Assembly: GCA_027310185.1 (NCBI GenBank)
Contig: DAIDBH010000017.1
Location: forward strand, 160,996 to 224,995
Length of the DNA stretch: 64,000 nt
Source of the DNA: Thermoplasmatales archaeon
GTDB taxonomy: Archaea > Thermoplasmatota > Thermoplasmata > Thermoplasmatales > Thermoplasmataceae
Reading direction: 5' to 3'
Shown: positions 9,342 through 18,899 of the stretch, piece after piece
How the letters are laid out: the number at the start of each line of letters is the position of its first letter
How positions within the stretch are numbered: position 1 is the first letter of the stretch
Notes under the pieces: model-generated
The model's database searches: none
What the model was told of the DNA's origin: nothing
The model's input: only the letters and a program-made list of their open reading frames with translations
Position numbers and translations under genes: made by a program

Positions 9342-10960
9342 ATGTATATATCTTCATCATTCTTGCAGTGCTTGCAACTGGCGGTAGAGTTATTGGACTG
9401 ATTTTACTATCAATCCTTTCTGGATGGCTTCTTGCATATGCTGCCATTAAGAGCAAGATATTTGAAAATTTATTTATTTCATTTATCGAGGTGTTTGAAA
9501 GTGTTCCAGTAATTTCTTTTTTCCCCATTGTGCTCATAATATTTGTGGACAGAATAGGTGGTCCTCTTGGAGTTGAATTTGCAGCAGATTTCCTTGTTTT
9601 TACGGCAGTGGTATGGAATATATGGATGGGACAGTACCAGGCGTACAAGACAATTCCCAGTGAAATGGTTGAGGTAACTGAGAATTATAATTTCAGCCTG
9701 TGGATGAAGCTCAGAAGTGTGTATATCCCCTTCTCAATACCCAGGATTGTTGCAAATCTTTTCCCAAGCATCTCAGACGGTTTTTTTTACATAACAGTGA
9801 GTGAGGTCTTCACCATAGGAATAACATCGTACAGCACCTTTGGGGTTGGAAGTCCAATAGACAAATTCGCCGCTGACGGTAATTTCAGGATGCTGGTAGT
9901 TACATTTCTTGCCCTAGGAATTTTTGTAGTTCTACTTATAGAGTTAGTAAGGAGGGTGGGAAATCATGCAGTTGCAAAATATACAATAGATACAGATGCC
10001 CCTATCATTAAGAGAGGTAAACCGAGAATAAGGCAGACTTCAAGATTTTCTGCCATTGTTTCGCAGAACACCCTGGGTAAGCTTGCCTCATATACAAGGG
10101 TCAGAAAAGGACCTGAAGATCTGGAGGAACTCTATTCCAAGGAGAAGAAAAATGGAAAAATCGGCTTAATTGCAGGAGTTGTAGTTCTTGCTATTTTTGC
10201 TTATATCATATACTCCATTATAATTTTCATAATGTCTGTAAGTGGTGCTGAATGGTCATACCTTTTCTCAAAAACACCGTCTCTACTTTACGGATTGCTG
10301 ATCGATTACATAAGGGTGCTTATCATAACGGCTGCGTCCATTGCCTTCGCTTTCACACTGGGTTATCTTCTAGCAACAAGAAGGAAGGCAGAAGCCATAG
10401 GGGTTCCCATAATACAGACATTCAGTGCCTATCCAGTTCCTGCATACTTTCCATTTATATTCCTTGGCATTTATCCCATATTTGCTTCTGTTCTTGGGAG
10501 TCAGGCAGAGGAGGGAATTGTTCTACTTCTTGGATTCATAGCAACATTCTATTATGTTTTTTACAGTTTCTGGATGGGCATCAAGGCAATGCCGGCTGAG
10601 TACAACGAGATCATGAAGAATCTCGACATGGGATTCTTCAAGAAGATGAGATACGTGATTATACCCTCGACCTTTCCATACCTTATATCAGGCATTTCAT
10701 CAACCATTAACAGCGCATGGGGAGGCCTGGAAATAGGTGAATACTGGCCTGACATAGCTGGTGGAAAAACGCTGGAAATCCATACTGGACTGATGAAGAC
10801 GATTGACATAGCAACAAGAAGTGGAAATATTGCCCTGGCGGGATGGGCATCATTCCTGTTTGCAATCATAGTTGCAGTATATTCTATCCTGTTTACAAGG
10901 AAGATGATGGATCTTGCGAGAAAAAAATATGTTGCAGAGGAAGGTATTTACAGTGTCTAG
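9338..10960 (+). CDS. ABC transporter permease, NitT/TauT family, two fused TM domains
   Basis: Two repeats of the permease module (SVPVISFFP / AYPVPAYFP), each with an EAA-like loop. Confidence 0.85.
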   Translation: MNVYIFIILAVLATGGRVIGLILLSILSGWLLAYAAIKSKIFENLFISFIEVFESVPVISFFPIVLIIFVDRIGGPLGVEFAADFLVFTAVVWNIWMGQYQAYKTIPSEMVEVTENYNFSLWMKLRSVYIPFSIPRIVANLFPSISDGFFYITVSEVFTIGITSYSTFGVGSPIDKFAADGNFRMLVVTFLALGIFVVLLIELVRRVGNHAVAKYTIDTDAPIIKRGKPRIRQTSRFSAIVSQNTLGKLASYTRVRKGPEDLEELYSKEKKNGKIGLIAGVVVLAIFAYIIYSIIIFIMSVSGAEWSYLFSKTPSLLYGLLIDYIRVLIITAASIAFAFTLGYLLATRRKAEAIGVPIIQTFSAYPVPAYFPFIFLGIYPIFASVLGSQAEEGIVLLLGFIATFYYVFYSFWMGIKAMPAEYNEIMKNLDMGFFKKMRYVIIPSTFPYLISGISSTINSAWGGLEIGEYWPDIAGGKTLEIHTGLMKTIDIATRSGNIALAGWASFLFAIIVAVYSILFTRKMMDLARKKYVAEEGIYSV

Positions 10961-11424
10961 GCCATAGCCTGAAAAACATCATCATCTTTTTTTATCAATC
11001 CAGAGTAAACACCCCATTCAATGAGTGTTATTTCAAGATTATGCAATCCTGATGGATTATTATATTTCTGAATTCCGTTCTTTTCCAATTCTTCCATTAT
11101 ATCATCCAGTTCAAAATTTACCATCCTGAGTGCCGTTACAAATGGCTCCATTGTTATGAGCGATGCTTTCAGGATGCTCTTTCTTATCTTTGGGCTTGAC
11201 ACTAGAAAAGTCTTTCCCTTTTCTGTAATCCATATGTCTCCCTGATCAGTACCTACAAACCCAAGATTGGCAGCTGTATATACAATCGGCATTAGATCAT
11301 CAATATCAACTTCCATCTCCTTTTCAAGTTCGAAAAGATCAGTCCTGTCATTGAATAAATGGTTAAGCACATGAAGCAATCCCACTAAGTCTGCAATCCT
11401 TGCATCCGGGTCAACTGTTTCCAA
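10957..11424 (-). CDS. Stand-alone AAA-associated C-terminal domain protein (normally fused to NitT-type ATPases)
   Basis: GLLHVL...DLFELEKEMEVDIDDLMPIVYTAANLGFV...GDIWITEKGKTF...IEWGVYSGL pattern; TTG start. Confidence 0.7.
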   Translation of the reverse strand: METVDPDARIADLVGLLHVLNHLFNDRTDLFELEKEMEVDIDDLMPIVYTAANLGFVGTDQGDIWITEKGKTFLVSSPKIRKSILKASLITMEPFVTALRMVNFELDDIMEELEKNGIQKYNNPSGLHNLEITLIEWGVYSGLIKKDDDVFQAMA

Positions 11425-11448
11425 TTTCTATCATCTCTTTAGTATTTG

Positions 11449-11470
11449 CAGGTTATTAAGTTTTAACCTG
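11449..11470. promoter_or_regulatory. Perfect 7-8-7 inverted repeat, candidate operator
   Basis: CAGGTTA-N8-TAACCTG between divergent genes, next to a minus-strand TATA-like run (11471-11487). Confidence 0.35.
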
Positions 11471-11604
11471 AACTTTATATTTTAAAGTAAATATCCTGTA
11501 AATTAATTTGGAAAATCATTATTAACAATATAGTTTACATAAAAAACCTTTTCGAATGAATGATTTTTACATAAAGCTTATCTATTTATAAAAGTTATAA
11601 AGTC

Positions 11605-13209
11605 ATGGCAATCAGGGCAGTTTTCATAAGACCCAGTAACAAAACTGGAAGTGCCTATTTAACCAAGTGGGGATTTCTTCCCGCACCACTTGGGCTTCTA
11701 GCTCTGGCCGGAGAAATATTGAGGATTGAGAACAGTTCAGTTAAGATCATAGATATGGAGGGAGATGACCTCTCCCTGGATAAGGCAGTTGATCTGGCAG
11801 TGAGTTACAAACCGGATCTGGTTGGCATCACTCTTCATGCAACTGCTGCACATAATAATGCAGGTTATCTTGCAAAGGAAATCAAGAAAAGAGTGCCTTC
11901 AGCCATAATGGTCGCTGGAGGTCACCACGCAACATTTCTTCCTTATGAGGTCCTGAGATCAGGATTTGACATATCTGTGCTTGGGGAAGGGGATGAAACT
12001 ATTTATGATATTGGAAAAGCCATAGAAGACGGGAGCAGCATGCTCAAGATGCCGGGAATAGTTCTTAGGGACGGAGAAAAATTTGTTAGAACGGCACCAA
12101 GAAAACTCATCCACGATCTGGATTCGCTCCCAATGCCACCACTGGAACTTCTGGATGCATCAAAGTATACGTTCAAGGTATTCGGGAAGAATGAAAGGGT
12201 CATGTGCCTTGAAACTTCAAGAGGTTGTCCTTACGGATGTGATTTCTGTTCCGTTACACCAACCTGGGGAAATACATGGAGAAATAAGTCAAACGAGAGA
12301 ATACTCACAGAAATGGAAAGAGCAAGAGATGCAGGCTATGATTGGATATTCTTCACAGATGATATCTTTGTTGTTGAGCCAAATGTAAAGCACAGGGAAA
12401 ATCTTTTTAACAGCATCGAGAAAAGAGGATTGAAAATGAAATGGATTGTGCAGATGAGAGCAGACGTAACGGCAAGACATCCAGAACTCATAACAAAAGC
12501 TGCCAGAGCAGGCATGACCATATCGTTCCTTGGTGTTGAGTCCGGAAGCCCTGAAGTGCTGAAGAAAATGCATAAGGGAGAATTCACACCCCAATCGGTT
12601 GAAGCTGTAAAAATATTATCATCTAATGATATAATAGTACTGGTAGGCATGATGATAGGTGCTCCATATGAGAGAATCCGTGATGCACTGACAACGGTAA
12701 AATTCTCAAGGGAGCTGGCCAGAGCTGGTGCTGATGCGGTTCAGTTCTCAATATATACTCCTCTGCCTGGCACAAGGATTTTTGAAGAGGCTCTTAAAGA
12801 TAGTTCTCTTTTTACCCTGGATTGGGATAGGTATGATGTTCTCACTCCGGTCATGAGGACAAAGGTGGGACCGGTATTTGATCAGTTGCTTCAGTTCTAT
12901 GCTTCATATTCATTTTACATATACAAATTCATGAGAGGGAAAATTAAGGGCATACGACTTCCAGAGAGGAAGAATATTCTCATAGAAACTGGAACAAAGT
13001 TCATAATGAAAATGATGCCTGAGTATCTCAGGGACATAAAAAATTTTCCAAGGTTTCTTTTCCAGACATATGATATGTACAAGGAGGCTATAAAAAAGGG
13101 TTTCATTTCACAGAAAGATCACGAAGAAATATCAAACGACTCTGGAAGGATAATTTATGATCTGGAAAATGGAAGAAATCCATATTTCCTGATTAAAAAG
13201 GAGAACTGA
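11605..13209 (+). CDS. Cobalamin-binding radical SAM protein (substrate unknown)
   Basis: N-terminal B12-binding domain (PLGLLALAG, AGGHHAT, GEGDETI) and CPYGCDFC cluster motif, FFTDDIF, GVESGS. Confidence 0.9.
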   Translation: MAIRAVFIRPSNKTGSAYLTKWGFLPAPLGLLALAGEILRIENSSVKIIDMEGDDLSLDKAVDLAVSYKPDLVGITLHATAAHNNAGYLAKEIKKRVPSAIMVAGGHHATFLPYEVLRSGFDISVLGEGDETIYDIGKAIEDGSSMLKMPGIVLRDGEKFVRTAPRKLIHDLDSLPMPPLELLDASKYTFKVFGKNERVMCLETSRGCPYGCDFCSVTPTWGNTWRNKSNERILTEMERARDAGYDWIFFTDDIFVVEPNVKHRENLFNSIEKRGLKMKWIVQMRADVTARHPELITKAARAGMTISFLGVESGSPEVLKKMHKGEFTPQSVEAVKILSSNDIIVLVGMMIGAPYERIRDALTTVKFSRELARAGADAVQFSIYTPLPGTRIFEEALKDSSLFTLDWDRYDVLTPVMRTKVGPVFDQLLQFYASYSFYIYKFMRGKIKGIRLPERKNILIETGTKFIMKMMPEYLRDIKNFPRFLFQTYDMYKEAIKKGFISQKDHEEISNDSGRIIYDLENGRNPYFLIKKEN

Positions 13210-13308
13210 GCAGGTTCATTTTCCTTTCTCGGTTCCAATCAGGCATGATCCAAGATATGACAGGATGATGCAGATCAAAACACCGAATAAACTATTAAGT
13301 TTAAACTA

Positions 13309-15141
13309 TTGAACGGTGATATGACTGAAACCTCAGACAATAAGGGGGAACTGGAGAGACACCTCACTTTCAAGGACGTCTTCTTTCTTTCCTTTGGAGG
13401 GATGTCTCCACTTCTAAGTATATTGACATATGGAGCCTTTGCCATAACGCTGGCTGGAGATGACGCGCCCATTGTGATGATCATTGGGACCTTGCTTGTG
13501 CTAGTAAATGGACTGTCGGTTACGCAACTTTCAAAACGATTCTCAACTTCCGGTGGATATTACACCTATGCATTCCAGGCATTATCTGCAAGATTGGGCT
13601 TTGATACCGGCTGGATGTACATGTTTTATTCTGTATTATATGGTCTGGCTTATCTCGTAGGAGGACTCTTTATAATAACAACCGTGCTTGGAATTTCCAC
13701 TTATATCGCCTTCCTGATTATCATGGTTCCTTCAGTTACTTTCCTCATTATTGGAGTGACCATGTCTGCAAGATATGCAATAGTTGCAGTGATTATCGAG
13801 ATTGGACTCATGCTCTCCATAGCTTTCTACTCCTTCTATGTTACAAAGGGTGCTGCCTATATACCCAACCCTGCAGTTTACCCCATATCCGGTGGTGATT
13901 TTGTCCTCGGGATACTCTTTGCCATGGGAATACCAACGGGATATGGTTCAATTGCACCAGTTTCTGGCGAAATAAAGAATCCAAAGAAGGTTGTAGGAAG
14001 AAGTGTGATTACAGTGATCCTTGTGGGAGGATCACTGGCAACTTTCATGATATATGCAATCGCTAACCTCATACTCCAGAATCACCTATCCATACCACTA
14101 GCAGATAAATTACCGGTTATAGGCATTATACGCAATGATTTCGGCGGTGCTGGCAGATTTTTTTACTATGCCGTTGCAATCGCAACAATTAATGATTCCA
14201 TACTGGCCATACTCTCATTCGGAACAGCTGCAATAAGGACTCTGTTCAGGATGGGATACGATAAGACACTCCCAGGCATATTTTCTCATAAAGTCAAGGA
14301 AAAACCCATGATCGCAACACTTTTTATCAGTGGAATCCTGGTCATACTCCCATTGATAATTCTGAACTATATTTCAGCTGAAACTGCTTTCATTGTTCTG
14401 GGAACAATATCGGCCCTGGGAGGTCTATTCATCCACGTTAGTGCTAATTTTTCACTTCTGAGAATCGGGATAAGGAGAGGGAGAAGGCTGATGGTTCGAA
14501 CAAAAATGACGCTTAGGACAACTCTTTCTGATTTTAAAGAATTTTTCCTCGCGCTTACTGGCGCAGTAATAAGTTCTATTGTTCTAATATATTCTGCATA
14601 CTCCACAGTTCCTGTTTACACAACCGTTTTCCTTGTGTGGATTGTGATTGGGTTCATCCTCTCCGAGGTCAAGGGAATAATAGGAAAGACACCAAATGAT
14701 GTTGATATAAGCAAGGAAGGAATGATAGTGGCCCAGAATCTTATGAATGTTTCAGTATCGGATGTGGTAAAACCTGTTAAGGAAGCAATAGTTTCAATAA
14801 ACGATTCCCTGAAAGAAGTTTTGAGCGGTCTGCTTGCAAAGAACCTGCCTGGTGCAATTGTCATCGATAGCCAGAGCAGACCTGTAGGCAGGCTGGAAGT
14901 TGTGAATTTACTTCTCCTACCAAAGTCAAGCATAGATAAGGGAAAAGTAAGACAAATCCATCTTGAGAGAAGTGTTAACATAAATGAAAGAGAAAATGTT
15001 GCTGACGCCGTTAGGATACTGAAAGAAAACAACATCAACATACTCACAGTAATTGATCAGAATGGAAAGGCAAAAGGGGTTATTAGTGAACGGGATGTTC
15101 TGGCTAAGCTGAGTGAAATAGATAAACCTGACATAACGTGA
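13309..15141 (+). CDS. APC-family amino acid permease with C-terminal CBS pair
   Basis: GMSPLLS, SGGYYTY and GYGSIAPVSGEIKNPKK APC motifs; CBS repeats in the last ~130 aa (GVISERDVL). Confidence 0.85.
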   Translation: MNGDMTETSDNKGELERHLTFKDVFFLSFGGMSPLLSILTYGAFAITLAGDDAPIVMIIGTLLVLVNGLSVTQLSKRFSTSGGYYTYAFQALSARLGFDTGWMYMFYSVLYGLAYLVGGLFIITTVLGISTYIAFLIIMVPSVTFLIIGVTMSARYAIVAVIIEIGLMLSIAFYSFYVTKGAAYIPNPAVYPISGGDFVLGILFAMGIPTGYGSIAPVSGEIKNPKKVVGRSVITVILVGGSLATFMIYAIANLILQNHLSIPLADKLPVIGIIRNDFGGAGRFFYYAVAIATINDSILAILSFGTAAIRTLFRMGYDKTLPGIFSHKVKEKPMIATLFISGILVILPLIILNYISAETAFIVLGTISALGGLFIHVSANFSLLRIGIRRGRRLMVRTKMTLRTTLSDFKEFFLALTGAVISSIVLIYSAYSTVPVYTTVFLVWIVIGFILSEVKGIIGKTPNDVDISKEGMIVAQNLMNVSVSDVVKPVKEAIVSINDSLKEVLSGLLAKNLPGAIVIDSQSRPVGRLEVVNLLLLPKSSIDKGKVRQIHLERSVNINERENVADAVRILKENNINILTVIDQNGKAKGVISERDVLAKLSEIDKPDIT

Positions 15142-15352
15142 CATTAATCATACATCACTATTTCAAAAAAGAATTTTATATTCAAGCCAGGTTAGAAAAC
15201 TCCGGTTAAATACTAAAGAGATCAATTGTGCATTCCATGTTAATTTTTGCTGACATTTCCATGTGGTGAAATAGATTTGATGTTCACAGAATTACTGGAA
15301 CTAAATGAACAATTCATGGATAGGTTTATTTTTCTCTTTGACATAAAAAATA

Positions 15353-16174
15353 ATGACAGATGAGAATCCAAAAGAGCAGAAAGATGTAGACATAAGTATA
15401 AATCTGAAGGGTAGGGTGGCCCTTGTGACAGGGTCCAGTTCTGGACTTGGAATGGAAATTGCGAGATATATGGCAGAAGCTGGAGCATCAGTCGCAATTC
15501 ACTATCGTAATGAAATGGATCAGGCGGTTAAGCTTGCTGAAGAAATAAATAATAGTGGAGGGAAGGCAGCAGTATTTGGCGGGGACGTATCAAAGAGAGA
15601 TGAAGTGCAAAAGATATTCAGCGATATAGATAAGAAATTTGGACCAGTTGATATTCTGGTTAACAACGCAGGCATTGATGGAAAAAGAGAGTTGTGTGGG
15701 GAAGATGATCCGGATGACTGGGAAAGGGTTATTTCCATCAATCTTCTTGGTCCATACTACTGCTCCAGAGAGGCTGTAAAAAGAATGAAGAAATCTAGCC
15801 ATGGGGTAATTGTCAATATAACTTCTGTTCATGAATTTGTCCCATGGTCAGGATACACAGCATATAGCAGTGCAAAGGCTGGGCTGTCCATGTTTACAAA
15901 GACCCTCGCACAGGAAGTTTCAGATTTTGGCATAAGGGTAGTCTCGGTGGCACCTGGTGCAATCAAGACACCCATAAACAAGGATGTGTGGGGAAACCCA
16001 GAAACATACCAGGATCTGCTGACAAAGATCGCAATGCCCAGGATGGGAGAGACTAGAGATATTGCACAGGCAGTTACCTTTCTTGCCAGCGACATGGCTT
16101 CTTATATAACAGGTACTACACTTGTGGTGGATGGAGGCATGCTATTATATCCTGCATTCAAGCATGGTGGATAA
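15353..16174 (+). CDS. Short-chain dehydrogenase, glucose 1-dehydrogenase-like
   Basis: TGSSSGLG, VNNAG, YSSAK, PGAIKTPIN, VDGGMLLYP. Confidence 0.9.
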   Translation: MTDENPKEQKDVDISINLKGRVALVTGSSSGLGMEIARYMAEAGASVAIHYRNEMDQAVKLAEEINNSGGKAAVFGGDVSKRDEVQKIFSDIDKKFGPVDILVNNAGIDGKRELCGEDDPDDWERVISINLLGPYYCSREAVKRMKKSSHGVIVNITSVHEFVPWSGYTAYSSAKAGLSMFTKTLAQEVSDFGIRVVSVAPGAIKTPINKDVWGNPETYQDLLTKIAMPRMGETRDIAQAVTFLASDMASYITGTTLVVDGGMLLYPAFKHGG

Positions 16175-16294
16175 TTCTATAAGTTTATAGAGCCTCATTT
16201 CCTTTTCTTATATACACAAAATTTGTGCCGGATTAAGAGTATCATAGCAAATTTATCGTGTGAGAATTATTATACTTACTGATCATGGTTATCT

Positions 16295-17452
16295 ATGAAG
16301 ACCATAGCAATTGTTGGAGGTGGGAGCGGTGGAATGAGCGCTGCCAACCATCTTGCGTATAAATTGAGGGACAGAGTAAAAAGTGGAGACGTTAAGATTA
16401 TGCTAATTGAAGGGAGCCAGCAGCATTTTTATCAGCCAGGATTCCTTGAAATACCTTTTGATTTGATGACGCCTGCATCTACACATAAGCCCATTTCAAG
16501 AATGGTGGCAGATGGAGTGACTGTTGTTCAGGAATTTGCCACTGAAGTTGATCTGAAAAACAGGGTTATAAAAACAGAGAAACAGAAAATAAGCTATGAT
16601 TATATAGTTCTGGCAACCGGTGCAAGGTATGACTATGAATCCATACCTGGCCTTAAGGAGGGGACGGATAATTTCTATAGCCTTGAAAACGCCGTATCCC
16701 TGAAGAAAAAGCTGAACAGCTTCAAGGGCGGACGCGTCGTAGTTGGGGTAGCTTCCATGCCTTACAAATGCACTCCTGCCCCTCTCGAAGCTGTTTTCAT
16801 GCTGAATGATTATTTTACCAGAAGGGGTATAAGGGATAAGGTGGAAATTGAATATGTATACCCAATGCCCATGGCTTTCCCGGATAAGGGAATATCAGAC
16901 GCTGCCCTGAAGATGTTCGAAGAGAGAGGGATAAAGAGTAGTCTTGGATTTCAGTTGAAATCAGTTGATACAAAAACAAGGGAACTTATATCGAAGAATG
17001 ATGAAAAAATAGGTTACGATCTGGCTCTAGTAGTACCCCCTCACAGAGGAAACAGGCTTATGGAAAAATCAGAAGTGGTAGACCAGATGGGATGGATAAA
17101 TGTCGATGGTTATACGCTTAACATCAAGGGATACGAGAACGCCTTTGCCATTGGGGATTCAACAAACCTGCAGGTCTCTAAGGCAGGATCGGTTGCAGAT
17201 GCAGAGGCAATTGTTGTTTCTGAAAGGATTTTCCAGTCAATGGATGGGGAAGAGCCTGTTACTACCTATGATGGCACTGGAGGTGCCCTTATGCTCACAG
17301 GCATGGGAAAGGCCTCGATGATAACATCAGATTATTCTCACAGACCTGTAATGATGCCAGAAAGTTACTCATTCTACTGGTTAAAACTGATCTATAACAA
17401 TGTGTACTGGAACATGACCGCAAGACCGGTACTTAATGGGGTGATTGAATGA
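16295..17452 (+). CDS. sqr: Sulfide:quinone oxidoreductase-like flavoprotein (type III-like; only one Cys)
   Basis: GGGSGG FAD motif, HFYQPG, VLATGA, YKCTPAPLE, AIGD...SKAGS; the C-terminal Cys position reads Ala. Confidence 0.75.
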   Translation: MKTIAIVGGGSGGMSAANHLAYKLRDRVKSGDVKIMLIEGSQQHFYQPGFLEIPFDLMTPASTHKPISRMVADGVTVVQEFATEVDLKNRVIKTEKQKISYDYIVLATGARYDYESIPGLKEGTDNFYSLENAVSLKKKLNSFKGGRVVVGVASMPYKCTPAPLEAVFMLNDYFTRRGIRDKVEIEYVYPMPMAFPDKGISDAALKMFEERGIKSSLGFQLKSVDTKTRELISKNDEKIGYDLALVVPPHRGNRLMEKSEVVDQMGWINVDGYTLNIKGYENAFAIGDSTNLQVSKAGSVADAEAIVVSERIFQSMDGEEPVTTYDGTGGALMLTGMGKASMITSDYSHRPVMMPESYSFYWLKLIYNNVYWNMTARPVLNGVIE

Positions 17453-17898
17453 GCACAGATATAATGGAATTACTGAATAAAAAACTTGAGGACCCTGAAT
17501 CCAGAAAGTCCGCCGAATATATCCTTGATAATATTGGGACCGTTACTGGTTTGATGGAATGGATCAAGACCATGGAAGACACGGGTATGGCAGAATCGCT
17601 CAAAGGCTTGATATATCTCTTAGCCAATTTGCGTGGAGTCCTTACTGATGACATGCTTAATGGTATTTCTGCGATCCTGAACTCCCTGCTGGAAATTCTA
17701 TCAAAAGTTTCGGATCCACATGTGGTTGATGGTGTCGTTGCACTTCTCGATGGTATTTCTTCAGGAAAACTATCAAAAGAGCCAAAAATTCATGGAACCT
17801 TAAGCTTGTTGAGTGAACTGAAGGACCCGCAGGTGGAAGCTGGGCTTGCAGTTGCAATAAATGTATTAAAGGGCCTTGGAAAAGTAGGTAAGAATTAA
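17449..17898 (+). CDS. DUF1641-family protein
   Basis: C-terminal LLSELKDPQVEAGLAVAINVLKGLGK motif; overlaps the sqr stop codon (ATGA), the usual SQR-DUF1641 pairing. Confidence 0.8.
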   Translation: MSTDIMELLNKKLEDPESRKSAEYILDNIGTVTGLMEWIKTMEDTGMAESLKGLIYLLANLRGVLTDDMLNGISAILNSLLEILSKVSDPHVVDGVVALLDGISSGKLSKEPKIHGTLSLLSELKDPQVEAGLAVAINVLKGLGKVGKN

Positions 17899-17923
17899 TT
17901 ATATATCCAAAGTTTATTTTTTT

Positions 17924-18271
17924 TTAATTTTTACATCTTAAATGTTCCTGAATACCATTCAGTTTACTGAGTTCTGAAGAAGTATCAGGAAGAGAATTTA
18001 TGATATTCTTTAGGAGTGGAAGTTTTTCTGGATTAACTGAATAATAGACCCACTGTGCATGCTTCCTTTCCCTTACAAGACCTGCAGACCTCATTTTTGC
18101 AAGATGTTGTGAAACATTTGATTGTGATAAATCTAGAATGGCGGTCAACTCACAAACACATAGCTCCTGCTGATTTATTAATGAAAGTATATGCAGCCGG
18201 TTAGGATCTCCGAGAATCTTCATAATGTTAGCCACGGATGATATGTCGGACCTTATCTGATCCTGCATCAT
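17924..18271 (-). CDS. ArsR/SmtB-family regulator
   Basis: LGDPNRLHIL, ELCVCEL, SQSNVSQHL, WVYYS. Confidence 0.9.
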   Translation of the reverse strand: MMQDQIRSDISSVANIMKILGDPNRLHILSLINQQELCVCELTAILDLSQSNVSQHLAKMRSAGLVRERKHAQWVYYSVNPEKLPLLKNIINSLPDTSSELSKLNGIQEHLRCKN

Positions 18272-18272
18272 G

Positions 18273-18893
18273 TTACTGAATCACGTCCTTGAATATAATA
18301 TCCGTTCTTATTCCTTTATTGGCGTAGGGTACCTCCTTCCATGAGTACTCTATTCTTGATGAATGATAGTGCTCCTCTGGCCTGGTTTTTAAAAGTACAT
18401 TGCTTACCCAATCATCCTGTAAAGCTTTCAGGTTGTCAAGTTTTCCTGGTAATTCGTCTGCTTGAGCTAAGCTTAGTGAAGATTCTAATTCTATTATATC
18501 CTTATTAAAAAACCCCGCCTCTTCCTTTACTTCCACAGTTTCACCGGTCGAAATCCTTTGAACTATGTACCATACGCCTTCCTGGTTTCTCACATCCTGT
18601 GTCCCAAATCTAACCCTTGCGCCAGTAAGGTAGGATGCTGCATCTCCAAGACATGGGCTATTCCTTGAAATTGCCCTTAGGTCTGTTCTGTCAACTATAT
18701 AATCAGAGAACAGGGACTTTAATGCAACTGACAGTGCATATGCTCCTCTGTAGAGACCATCACAAGCATGTCCATGGAACTTGACAAGATCTTCAAACCC
18801 TATATCCTTGGGACTTTTTGAATACCTACCGTGACTGGATTCTGTATCCAGAACTTTGAATGATGGCATATTATTTTCATACATCAATCCCAC
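18273..18893 (-). CDS. FmdE-family metal-binding protein
   Basis: KFHGHACDGL and SPCLGDAASYLTG, the His-Gly-His-x-Cys...Cys-x-x-Asp pattern of FmdE. Confidence 0.8.
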   Translation of the reverse strand: MGLMYENNMPSFKVLDTESSHGRYSKSPKDIGFEDLVKFHGHACDGLYRGAYALSVALKSLFSDYIVDRTDLRAISRNSPCLGDAASYLTGARVRFGTQDVRNQEGVWYIVQRISTGETVEVKEEAGFFNKDIIELESSLSLAQADELPGKLDNLKALQDDWVSNVLLKTRPEEHYHSSRIEYSWKEVPYANKGIRTDIIFKDVIQ

Positions 18894-18899
18894 CTTTGC

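Noticed and set aside
18273-18893. FmdE as evidence of methanogenesis or formylmethanofuran dehydrogenase
   Set aside because: No other fmd/fwd genes are present, and stand-alone FmdE-family proteins occur in many non-methanogens.
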